A stretch of 24,000 nt of DNA from a bacterium (GTDB lineage: Bacteria > Zhuqueibacterota > Zhuqueibacteria > Oceanimicrobiales > Oceanimicrobiaceae). Under the pieces are notes generated by a model, which was not told the origin of the DNA, did no database searches, and saw only the letters and a list, made by a program, of their open reading frames with translations. Positions 8,016 through 15,466 of this stretch are shown piece by piece (positions within the stretch are counted from its first letter, which is position 1; every line of letters begins with the position of its first letter). The translations under genes and the position numbers were made by a program. The stretch covers positions 6,177 through 30,176 of the forward strand of contig JBHHXT010000042.1 in NCBI GenBank assembly GCA_046757165.1, given 5' to 3'.

Positions 8016-8050
8016 CGTCGAAATTTCGGCGGCTAGACGTCGAAATTTCG
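8016..8050. promoter_or_regulatory. two identical palindrome-containing sites; candidate enhancer (UAS) for the adjacent NtrC-family activator
   Basis: CGTCGAAATTTCG occurs twice without mismatch, at 8016-8028 and 8038-8050. Each copy contains the perfect 10-bp palindrome CGAAATTTCG. The 22-bp spacing puts both copies on about the same helical face. They sit between the activator stop (8110) and the porin start (7819). Confidence 0.45.
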
Positions 8051-8109
8051 TCGGCAAGAGATGGGCAAGTGTGAGGAGTGAAGAATGGCAGGAGGGGGAA
8101 AGATTCCTG

Positions 8110-9513
8110 TCACGCCGGGATTGTTCCGCTCGCCCCGGGCTGGTCTTCCGCGGGGTTTTGATACTCGATACCATGTTTGTTGATTTTGCTTTTCAAGGTC
8201 GACGTGGGAATGCTGAGAAGTTCTGCTGCTTTGGCCTTGTTGCCGCCCGTCTTCGCCAGCGCCTGAGAAATAAGAGCTTTTTCAAGATCGGCGACAGTGG
8301 CTTCGAGCGCTAAAGGTTTGTCCATCTCATTTGGGGCCGGCCTGACCCCGAACCTCCGCTCACGGATTTCACCGGGAAGGCAGTCCGGTACGATAGGGTT
8401 GCACCGGCAGGAGAGCATCAGCCGTTCAACCACGTTTTTGAATTCACGCACATTGCCTGGCCAGGAATAATCCATCAAATCCTGATAGACTCGTGGGTCG
8501 ATTTCAGGGATTTCCCCTTGCCGAAATTCGCGGACAAAATGTGTGAAGAAAAGCTGAATATCTTCTTTGCGCTCTCTAAGGGGTGGCAGTTTGATAGGAT
8601 AAATGTTCAAACGATAAAAAAGGTCTTCACGGAACCGGCCCTTGGCAACGAGCTCACGCAGATTGCTTTTGGTCGCCGCGATGACACGGACATCGATCTT
8701 GAAGGTTTCGGTGCCCCCCACCCGTTCAAACGTGCGTTCTTCTAAAACCCGTAGTAGTTTGACTTGTAATTCTATCGGGATATCGTCCACTTCGTCGAGG
8801 AAGATGCTGCCGCCGCTGGCGAGCTCAAACCGTCCCCTCTTTTGTTTTACGGCCCCGGTGAAGGCGCCGCGCTCGTGACCGAAGAGTTCGCTTTCCAAGA
8901 TGTCCTTGGACAGCATGGCGCAGCTCACCTTGATGAACGGCTTGTCTTTACGTGGCGAGTTGTAATGAATGGCGTTGGCGACCATCTCCTTGCCTGTGCC
9001 GGTTTCCCCTTCGATGAGGACGGTCGCCTCAGTGGGGGCGACAATCTCGAGCTGCTTGTAGATTTCTCGCATGGCGTTGCTCTTGCCGATGAGTTGGCCA
9101 AATGAATATTGTCTCTCCAACTCTTCTTTGAGTCTAATATTCTCAGCGACCACCCGGCGATAATCTTTTACTCTTTCCAACAACAACAGCATCTCATCCA
9201 TGCTGAAGGGTTTGGTGAAGTAGTCATACGCGCCAGACTTCATGGCTTGCACGGCTGTTTCTACGGTGGCGTAAGCGGTCATCATGATCACCGTGGTGTC
9301 CGGTTGAATTTCCCTTATTTTCTTCAGCAACGTGATGCCGTCGATACCGGGCATTTTCAAATCGGAAATGATAACATCGAATGATTCCTTTGCCATCAGG
9401 TTGAGCGCCGCCCGGGCGGATGCGGCCGCCGCGGTTTCATACCCGGCGTCTCGCAAATCGTCTTGCAACGAGACACGCTGGATTTCTTCGTCCTCTACAA
9501 TCAGGATCTTCAT
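8110..9513 (-). CDS. sigma-54-dependent response regulator (NtrC-family bacterial enhancer-binding protein)
   Basis: The track ORF extends to 9609. I start it at MKILIVEDEE (ATG 9513), 16 nt after the kinase stop. It has a REC domain (ISDLKMPGIDG), an AAA+ domain with Walker A GETGTGKE and the sigma-54 contact motif ESELFGHERGAFTGA, and a C-terminal Fis-type HTH (GNKAKAAELLSIPTSTLKSKI). Confidence 0.9.
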   Translation of the reverse strand: MKILIVEDEEIQRVSLQDDLRDAGYETAAAASARAALNLMAKESFDVIISDLKMPGIDGITLLKKIREIQPDTTVIMMTAYATVETAVQAMKSGAYDYFTKPFSMDEMLLLLERVKDYRRVVAENIRLKEELERQYSFGQLIGKSNAMREIYKQLEIVAPTEATVLIEGETGTGKEMVANAIHYNSPRKDKPFIKVSCAMLSKDILESELFGHERGAFTGAVKQKRGRFELASGGSIFLDEVDDIPIELQVKLLRVLEERTFERVGGTETFKIDVRVIAATKSNLRELVAKGRFREDLFYRLNIYPIKLPPLRERKEDIQLFFTHFVREFRQGEIPEIDPRVYQDLMDYSWPGNVREFKNVVERLMLSCRCNPIVPDCLPGEIRERRFGVRPAPNEMDKPLALEATVADLEKALISQALAKTGGNKAKAAELLSIPTSTLKSKINKHGIEYQNPAEDQPGASGTIPA

Positions 9514-9529
9514 GTTCACCCTATCCGGA

Positions 9530-11584
9530 TCAATGCCCGATCGCGTCTGGCCGCAGGAGTTTCTGAGCTCGAGCCAGCTCATCAGGTGTATTGACATTGA
9601 GAAAAGCATGCCTGGAATAGAACACCAATCCCGGTTCCATGCGTACGATGCGCGTCCTCACCTTGTCATAGAATTGAGAGACTTTGTGTTCCCCCAGTTC
9701 AATCTGCGCCTTGATAACGGGAAGACATTTCTTCTTATAGACCGCGCACAGGGGCTCGACGCCTGATTCGGACTCGAACGCGAGGACGTCATAGGGAGCA
9801 CAATTCTCGCACAGGAAGCGGATGAGCTGCCGGGACAAGAATGGCAGGTCGCAGGCAACAACCAGACAGTGCTCCGTTTGTGAGCGCTGCAACGCGGTAT
9901 AAATCCCTGCCAGTGGGCCGAAGTTTGCGACCGCATCCGGATACACTGGCAAATTGAGAAATCTGTACTCCTGCTGCTGGTTGCTGATAACCACGATCTG
10001 CTCGAACTGTTCCCTGAGGCTATCGACAACACGCGCGATCATGGGTTTGCCGTCAACGAACAGCAGCGCCTTGTTCTGCCCCATGCGAGACGATGTTCCA
10101 CCCGCCAGAATCGCAGCGCTGACATCTTGGCTGCTCATCCCCGAAAGCGATTTCGCGGAGGGGAACATGACACGAAATACCGTACCAGTGCTGCTGCTGG
10201 TGAAGCAAATCTGTCCTTTATGTTCATCGATGATTTCTTTCGTGACCGCAAGCCCCAGTCCGGTTCCCTTGCCGCTAGGCTTGGTCGTAACAAAAGGGTC
10301 GAAGATAGAATGCTTGATTTCGAGAGGAATGCCCTTTCCAGTATCCTTCACATCCACTAATACACCATTTTCGGTGGCCTCAGAAACAACGCTAATTTGA
10401 CCGCCTTCGTCGGTCGCGTCGACCGCATTCAACAGCAGGTTGACAAACACCTGCTCGAGATGTTGGGCATCTCCCAGGATCGTTGGTAAGTCTTTTGAGA
10501 GCGACAGGTCTAACCGCACGCGCTGTTTCTTGAGTCGGAGTTCCACCAGGTGGCAGGAGGCGGTAATGATATCATTCACCGCAATCGGTTGAAACATGAT
10601 CTCTTTTTTGCGGGAGAAATTCAACAAATCCCGGATGATATTCTCGATGCGAAGCAACGCGCTATCCATCAGTTTGGCATATTTCTTTGTCTGGGCGGCA
10701 TCCCTTGGACTGGCGATAATCCGACGCAGGCAATTTCGAATGCCGGCAAGAGGATTGTTGATCTCGTGTGCCAGACCTGAAACCAGCGTGCCGATCGCAG
10801 CAAGTTTCTCCGTTTGGATGAGCGCCTTTTGTTGGTGATCCTGCTCCTCGGCGGCGGTTCTCAAGCGGCCGAGCATGTCTTCGAAACCACGCTCGAGTTC
10901 GCCGATCTCATCCCGGCGCTTCCCCGCGATGTTGGCCTCATAGGTCGGAACTTCGACTTTTGCCATCTCTGTCGCCAGCTTCTTGATGGGGCTGGCCAAC
11001 GTGCGGGCAACCAAAGATGCAATCAGAACGCCCACAACAGCGAATGCAAGACTGACGATGAACATCCAGCGCTTGAACGCGTCAGCCCGGCCAAATTCTG
11101 ACTGACGGCTGAACTGCATCAAAAGTGTACCGAGCCGCTTGCCGCTATTCTCGAGCGGATAAGCGATTTGAAAGACCGGGTCTTCCCTGTCCTGTACTAT
11201 CTGTGGCTGAGCAAGAGCCATCCACCGCTGCGCCGCCTGCGACTCTTTGTCCTGGATGTATTGCCGATGATCGTCGCTCGCCAGGACGCCACCGGACGCG
11301 TCAACAACCATAACGTGTGTGACCGCGGCCATGGAATTAGCCAGCAGATCCTGGATGTAGTTGTTCAAAAGTCCATCCTCCTCAATCAGGCCCCGCTCCT
11401 GATACAAAAGCGTATTAGTGAACGAAATGGCGGCGGACGCAGCCAGGACAAGGGCCCGCCTTTCGGCCTCGGAGAAAAGCTGATTGCGATAAACATCCAC
11501 GATGAAAATGTTTGCGACAAAACTGCAGGCGGCTATGATCGCAGAGGCCAGGCCGATGAACTTCCTTTCCAGAGTCAAGCGCAT
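9530..11584 (-). CDS. membrane sensor histidine kinase fused in-frame to a C-terminal MobA (molybdenum cofactor guanylyltransferase) domain
   Basis: 684 aa in one ORF. Order of parts: TM1 (aa 9-30), an extracytoplasmic segment of about 140 aa, TM2 (aa 173-193), HAMP, HisKA with H-box SGLAHEINNPL (His273 at nt 10766-10768), and HATPase_c (NLLLNAVDA, DTGKGI, GTGLGL). A short linker is followed by MobA motifs at aa 483-684 (nt 9533-10138): AILAGGTSSRMGQNKALL, FGPLAGIYTAL, VVACDLPFLS and FLNVNTPDELARAQ. Confidence 0.9.
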   Translation of the reverse strand: MRLTLERKFIGLASAIIAACSFVANIFIVDVYRNQLFSEAERRALVLAASAAISFTNTLLYQERGLIEEDGLLNNYIQDLLANSMAAVTHVMVVDASGGVLASDDHRQYIQDKESQAAQRWMALAQPQIVQDREDPVFQIAYPLENSGKRLGTLLMQFSRQSEFGRADAFKRWMFIVSLAFAVVGVLIASLVARTLASPIKKLATEMAKVEVPTYEANIAGKRRDEIGELERGFEDMLGRLRTAAEEQDHQQKALIQTEKLAAIGTLVSGLAHEINNPLAGIRNCLRRIIASPRDAAQTKKYAKLMDSALLRIENIIRDLLNFSRKKEIMFQPIAVNDIITASCHLVELRLKKQRVRLDLSLSKDLPTILGDAQHLEQVFVNLLLNAVDATDEGGQISVVSEATENGVLVDVKDTGKGIPLEIKHSIFDPFVTTKPSGKGTGLGLAVTKEIIDEHKGQICFTSSSTGTVFRVMFPSAKSLSGMSSQDVSAAILAGGTSSRMGQNKALLFVDGKPMIARVVDSLREQFEQIVVISNQQQEYRFLNLPVYPDAVANFGPLAGIYTALQRSQTEHCLVVACDLPFLSRQLIRFLCENCAPYDVLAFESESGVEPLCAVYKKKCLPVIKAQIELGEHKVSQFYDKVRTRIVRMEPGLVFYSRHAFLNVNTPDELARAQKLLRPDAIGH

Positions 11585-11749
11585 GACATAAACTCACAGG
11601 GTTTGTTCCGAGGGTTCGCTTGTTGCAGCCCTCGTTGTATCGCTGTCGAGAACAGTAGATAATTAGAATATTTGACGAGAAAATCAAGAGGGAAGCAACA
11701 CGCAGGAACGATCTTCGCGGATTTGGGCCTGGCGCTCCACCTTTGTGAG

Positions 11750-11777
11750 TCAAGTAGAAGATGTGATTGGCCGATAA
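11750..11777 (+). promoter_or_regulatory. candidate sigma-28 (FliA-type) promoter upstream of the HPt gene
   Basis: TCAAG-N15-GCCGATAA. The -10 element matches the GCCGATAA consensus exactly. The -35 element is TCAA/CAAG rather than TAAA. It lies about 65 nt upstream of the ATG at 11842. Confidence 0.4.
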
Positions 11778-11841
11778 GTCCTAGGATGAATTTCACCTCA
11801 AAGAGAGCATTCGTAAAACATTGAGCAAATGGTGTTCGGTC

Positions 11842-12195
11842 ATGAGTGAGACAACGACAATCGACGTAACTGTTATTGAACAGCTCAAAGAGCTGGTTGA
11901 CGACGAAGATCCCGATTTCCTGACAGATCTTTTTCAAGAATACCTCGAGGACGTCACAACCCACCTCTCGAAGCTGGTCCAATCGATCGAAGCGATGGAT
12001 ACGGTAACCGTGGTGAAAACGGCTCACACGCTCAAAGGCGCAAGCAGCAACCTGGGAGCCAGGCACATGGCTGAGCTTTTCACGGAGTTAGAGAAGACGG
12101 CGAAAAGGGAGGATGCGGATGGCGCCAGGAAGCTTCTGTCAGAACTGCAGAAAGAATTTGGCAACGTCCGGAAGGCCATGAGTGCTTACTTATAG
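11842..12195 (+). CDS. single-domain histidine phosphotransfer (HPt) protein
   Basis: The track ORF starts at a TTG (11821). I prefer the ATG at 11842 (MSETTT). HPt signature KTAHTLKGASSNLGA, with the phosphorylatable His at nt 12025-12027. All-helical composition, about 117 aa. Confidence 0.8.
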   Translation: MSETTTIDVTVIEQLKELVDDEDPDFLTDLFQEYLEDVTTHLSKLVQSIEAMDTVTVVKTAHTLKGASSNLGARHMAELFTELEKTAKREDADGARKLLSELQKEFGNVRKAMSAYL

Positions 12196-12278
12196 CCTCT
12201 ATCTGCAAGCCACAAGCGTGCAGCTTCACGCGTTCTTCTCCTGAACGACATTCTCGAAAAAATAGGATGAATTCGTTG

Positions 12279-12297
12279 AAAAAGGCGTACAACGCCC
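12279..12297 (-). terminator. possible intrinsic terminator of the flagellar operon
   Basis: The minus strand reads GGCGT-TGT-ACGCC followed by TTTTTC, about 65 nt after the flgM-like stop. The stem is only 5 bp, so this call is weak. Confidence 0.35.
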
Positions 12298-12362
12298 TTG
12301 AGGTCACGATGGAGGGAGATTTCTATGTACTCCTGGCCGTCAGGTTGGGGCCAGCCCTGGCT

Positions 12363-12707
12363 CTAGAGTCCCACGATATCGTCTAACTCGCCACTGTTCA
12401 GAAGTTTTTGCGCAGCCTCTTCAACGATCTTTTCGCTGGAATAGAGGCCTGCTTTGATCTTGGCCAACGCTTCATAAATCACGTGTGCCCGAGACGATGG
12501 CAGTTTGGCCAGCAACTCCTTTGAAACAGTGAACTCATCTCTGGACTTCTGAAGCTCATGGGCTTCCTGAGAAATCTGCACCTGATCGCTCTTGACACTG
12601 GTCGCCCTTTTTGACTCCTCCTTCTGGACTTTTCGATCGCGGACATCGTTAACCGGCTTGTCCGGTTTCTTAGGAGGACCGATGCCGTACAAATCTTGGA
12701 TTTTCAT
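12363..12707 (-). CDS. flgM: anti-sigma-28 factor FlgM-like protein
   Basis: 114 aa, charged and probably disordered N-terminal half. VQISQEA resembles the FlgM V-x-L-S motif. C-terminal ALAKIKAGLYSSEKIVEEAAQKLL matches the FlgM pattern I-x-x-G-x-Y-x-V/S-x-x-x-I-A-x-K-L-L. GGAGG Shine-Dalgarno sequence. Last gene of a flagellar operon. Confidence 0.6.
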   Translation of the reverse strand: MKIQDLYGIGPPKKPDKPVNDVRDRKVQKEESKRATSVKSDQVQISQEAHELQKSRDEFTVSKELLAKLPSSRAHVIYEALAKIKAGLYSSEKIVEEAAQKLLNSGELDDIVGL

Positions 12708-12734
12708 GATTCAGCCTCCATCTTGATGCGCTCA

Positions 12735-13118
12735 TTAATAAATAAAATCCACAATCTGTTTATGTGCCATTTGCGCCATGGAACGCAAATCCTTGATTGT
12801 TCTCTTTTCCTTCGCCACCTCGGCGAGTGAACGAGCCGTTCGGTTGATTTTTGTCTGAAGGACCTCCGTATTTCTTGCGTCTAATGATATTATCGACTGG
12901 ATTATCGCTTTGATGCCCGAAATCGTTGCGCTGTTTTCCCTGCCAAGCTTTGCCCGCTCCAACCTGACCTGCAAGTCTTCCGCATTCATCGTTTGCAGCA
13001 CATCCTGACGATAGCTCAGCTTGTCCAGCACTTGCTCCCACTCCTCTTCATATAGAAGCTTGTTGATTTCCACTGTGGCATCTCGTAACTGCTGAAGTTT
13101 TCGAAAAGTCGAATCCAT
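12735..13118 (-). CDS. small helical flagellar export chaperone-like protein (FliT/FlgN-like)
   Basis: 127 aa, all-helical. N-terminal LLYEEEWEQVLDKLSYRQDVL resembles the FliT E-x-W-D-x-L region. Its start overlaps the fliD stop (TAATG). The call rests on position and composition only. Confidence 0.35.
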   Translation of the reverse strand: MDSTFRKLQQLRDATVEINKLLYEEEWEQVLDKLSYRQDVLQTMNAEDLQVRLERAKLGRENSATISGIKAIIQSIISLDARNTEVLQTKINRTARSLAEVAKEKRTIKDLRSMAQMAHKQIVDFIY

Positions 13119-14608
13119 TACAACCTCAATGATGAAGATAGACTCGAAAAAGCCGCTTGTTGTCCACCGATCAGTTGTGCGGTCTCCTGCATCTTTGAAA
13201 GTTGCCGCCGAAGCTGCGCCTCCCGTCTTGCCAGGCGCTCATCAAAGCGGGCAAGCTGGGTATCGATGCTCGTCATCCTATCCGAGATGCTATCCTGACT
13301 ATCATCGAGCACCCCGCCCACCTTGATGAAGTCATTCAGAAAGTTCTTGATCTGAACTGCAATTCCACTGGTGGAATTGAACAAGTCCGAGACTTGCGAT
13401 GACCCGGCCGCCAGGGCGCTCTCGAACTTGGTCGAATCCGTAAAGCTCAAGGTGCCATCCGAGGCGGCGGTGATTCCGATCTCGAACAGGTGCTCCGGGT
13501 TGCCCGATGAGATGCCGGAGACCTTGCTCGTCATGATACTTCTGAGATTGGAGCGCAAGTAGGAGTAGGTGGACTCGCCGGCCAACACGCCACGGGTGTT
13601 GTTGTCAGGGTCGACAGCCTGCTTTTCGCGCAGATACGTAATCACATCGTTATAGGCGTCCAATAAATCTTGCAGCTCTTTTGTGACAGACTCGGTGTCC
13701 ACTGAAACCTGCAGAGACTCCGTAGTGGTGGTGACGTCCTTCAGGGTCATGGTGACGCCGGTCAGGATATCGTTGATCGTATTGCTGTCCCGATAGAACG
13801 TCAATCCATCCACAACCAACTGGGAGTTCAACGTGCTGTTTGACGAGGAGGTGCCGACGCTGGTGATATAGCCGCCAGATGTGCCTGACGACTGCACACT
13901 GTTGCTTATCTCCGTTGTTGAAAGCAGGGAGTTGGCCGAGTCCGTCATGACCATGCGATAGGTGTAGCCGGATTGACCGCTCTTGAAAACAAGCCGAGTG
14001 GTGCTGTCCTGCTCGTGAACCACCGATGCCGTCAACTTTTCATCCGCGTCGATGGTCTTGGCCGTGACGGCGGTGCTCATGGCATTGTTGATGGCAAGTG
14101 CAATGTCACTGAGGATATCATCATTGTTTGTGCTGGAAGAGTTGATCGTCACCGAAATGGTTTCGCGGTTGGTGCTATCCGAAGTCGTGGGGTGCCCGAC
14201 TTCTATCTGGAATGTTTGCGAGCCATTTGTACTAAAGAACGTCTGCAGCTCTGTGCCGGTCTTCGTATATTGCTTCGAAACCCGTGTATCAGAGCTGGCC
14301 AGACGGCTGACCGAAACATCGTGGCTGCCGGCCAGGGCCGTCGAACTTGCGGTGGCGGTAATTTTGTCCTTGTCACTGGTGGAAACGGTCTTGGTGGCAA
14401 AATAATCTGTCAGCACATCCGTCAATCTTTTCGCCAGTGAATTCAAAGAGGATAGTTTTGAATCCAGGTCAGAGAGGACCTGGTTGCGCGTGCTGAGCGT
14501 GTCCTTCTTATCCTCCAGCCGGAACCGCGGTTGGGACTCAATCTGCAATGTCGCCTGAATCAACTGCTCGATGCTGGAATTGCCCTGTGTGAAAATGTCA
14601 ATACCCAT
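13118..14608 (-). CDS. fliD: flagellar filament cap protein FliD (hook-associated protein 2)
   Basis: 496 aa. Ser/Thr/Asn-rich, Cys-free central region. Heptad-like helical termini typical of FliD (N-terminal LSDLDSKLSSLNSLAKRL, C-terminal IDTQLARFDERLARREAQLRRQLSKMQETAQLIGGQQ). Adjacent to fliS. Confidence 0.85.
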   Translation of the reverse strand: MGIDIFTQGNSSIEQLIQATLQIESQPRFRLEDKKDTLSTRNQVLSDLDSKLSSLNSLAKRLTDVLTDYFATKTVSTSDKDKITATASSTALAGSHDVSVSRLASSDTRVSKQYTKTGTELQTFFSTNGSQTFQIEVGHPTTSDSTNRETISVTINSSSTNNDDILSDIALAINNAMSTAVTAKTIDADEKLTASVVHEQDSTTRLVFKSGQSGYTYRMVMTDSANSLLSTTEISNSVQSSGTSGGYITSVGTSSSNSTLNSQLVVDGLTFYRDSNTINDILTGVTMTLKDVTTTTESLQVSVDTESVTKELQDLLDAYNDVITYLREKQAVDPDNNTRGVLAGESTYSYLRSNLRSIMTSKVSGISSGNPEHLFEIGITAASDGTLSFTDSTKFESALAAGSSQVSDLFNSTSGIAVQIKNFLNDFIKVGGVLDDSQDSISDRMTSIDTQLARFDERLARREAQLRRQLSKMQETAQLIGGQQAAFSSLSSSLRL

Positions 14609-14620
14609 CTTTATGACTCC

Positions 14621-14962
14621 TCAGTGCTGCGTTGGTTGAGAAGTACCTTCCGGTGCTGGCAGTATCTTTTCCCATGTCGAACGTAACCCAATCAGAATAT
14701 CCAGAACCTCACAAAACCTGTCTTCTTCGAGAACTCTGAGTGAGAATTCGTATAAATCATAGAACGATTTTGCAATTTCGTAGTAGTCGAAGTTCAGTGC
14801 CGCGGTCAACTCATGGAGTACCTTCCTGACTTTTTCCTTGTCCCCGGCGTGGCAGGCAGCGATTCCCAAATCGTACAGTTTTAGGATGATGATCTCTGGC
14901 TTCGAACATTCCACAAGCGATTCCATTACCTGACCTTCTGATTGTTGATTTACCAACTGCAT
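14621..14962 (-). CDS. fliS: flagellin-specific export chaperone FliS (copy 2)
   Basis: 113 aa. IIILKLYDLGIAAC...VLHELTAALNFDYYEIAKSFYDLYEFSL...LIGLRSTWEKI follows the FliS pattern (LMLYDG...II.EL...LN.E.GGEIA.NL..LY.Y....L..L..AW). Confidence 0.85.
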   Translation of the reverse strand: MQLVNQQSEGQVMESLVECSKPEIIILKLYDLGIAACHAGDKEKVRKVLHELTAALNFDYYEIAKSFYDLYEFSLRVLEEDRFCEVLDILIGLRSTWEKILPAPEGTSQPTQH

Positions 14963-14980
14963 TACGAAGTCACCCGTCCT

Positions 14981-15319
14981 CTAGTTCTCGAGATCCCGAC
15001 ATCCCAGAACGGCAGATTCCCAGACATCGCGCAGCCCTTCGAATATCATCAGCGCATTTTCGAATTTTTGAGAATGCACCTGGTCTAACGCGAAACGATA
15101 CAACTGAAAAAAGGTCAAGGCTATCTCCTTATGATCGAAATTCAGCGCCGCGATCAACTCAACCAAAACCCTGGCTGCGCCCGTCCTGTCCCTTGCGCGG
15201 CACCTCTTGACACCGAGGTCAAAGAGCATCAGAATCAATTTTTCGGGGCTCGCGGTCTTGAGCTGCTGTCTCAAATACGGATTCCTGGTGCCCTGATGGT
15301 CGGCAAGCTGTATAGCCAT
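14981..15319 (-). CDS. fliS: flagellin-specific export chaperone FliS (copy 1)
   Basis: 112 aa. NPYLRQQLKTASPEKLILMLFDLGVKRC...LVELIAALNFDHKEIALTFFQLYRFAL...FEGLRDVWESA is a classical FliS N-terminus and core. Roughly 40 percent identical to copy 2 by eye. Confidence 0.85.
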   Translation of the reverse strand: MAIQLADHQGTRNPYLRQQLKTASPEKLILMLFDLGVKRCRARDRTGAARVLVELIAALNFDHKEIALTFFQLYRFALDQVHSQKFENALMIFEGLRDVWESAVLGCRDLEN

Positions 15320-15367
15320 GGTCGAATCTCCCTTACGAGAACGAGTCTTCGGTTTATCTTGGTTTAA

Positions 15368-15394
15368 TTATCGACGACGGAACTTGCCACTTGC
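15368..15394 (-). promoter_or_regulatory. candidate sigma-28 promoter of the fliS-fliS-fliD operon
   Basis: The minus strand reads GCAAG-N14-GTCGATAA, with 7 of 8 matches to GCCGATAA. It lies about 50 nt upstream of the fliS ATG at 15319. Same CAAG...GYCGATAA layout as the site at 11750-11777. Confidence 0.35.
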
Positions 15395-15466
15395 CACTGT
15401 TTGTCTCTTTTTTTTGAGTTTTTTTCGGGTGTTTTCATTCGGACCGCTCTCAGCAGGACAAGACTG

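Noticed and set aside
9514-9609. N-terminal extensions offered by the ORF track for the bEBP (to 9609), the orphan REC (1032-1118), vapC (to 22608), HPt (TTG 11821) and the nicotinamidase-like gene (TTG 16964)
   Set aside because: In each case an internal ATG begins exactly at the conserved domain start (MKILIVEDEE, MRILIVEDEE, MILLDTHAW). It also gives sensible spacing or an ATGA overlap with the upstream gene, whereas the extensions would overlap neighbours.
12214-12240. Possible terminator after the HPt gene (AAGCGTG-CAGCTT-CACGCGTT, then CTTCTCC)
   Set aside because: The stem is bulged and short and there is no real U-tract, so it was not reported as a feature.
15376-15396. TGGCAAGTGGCAAGTT tandem repeat upstream of fliS, which at first looked like a sigma-54 -24 box
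   Set aside because: No TTGC -12 element lies at the correct distance. The region is better explained as the -35 side of a sigma-28-type promoter.
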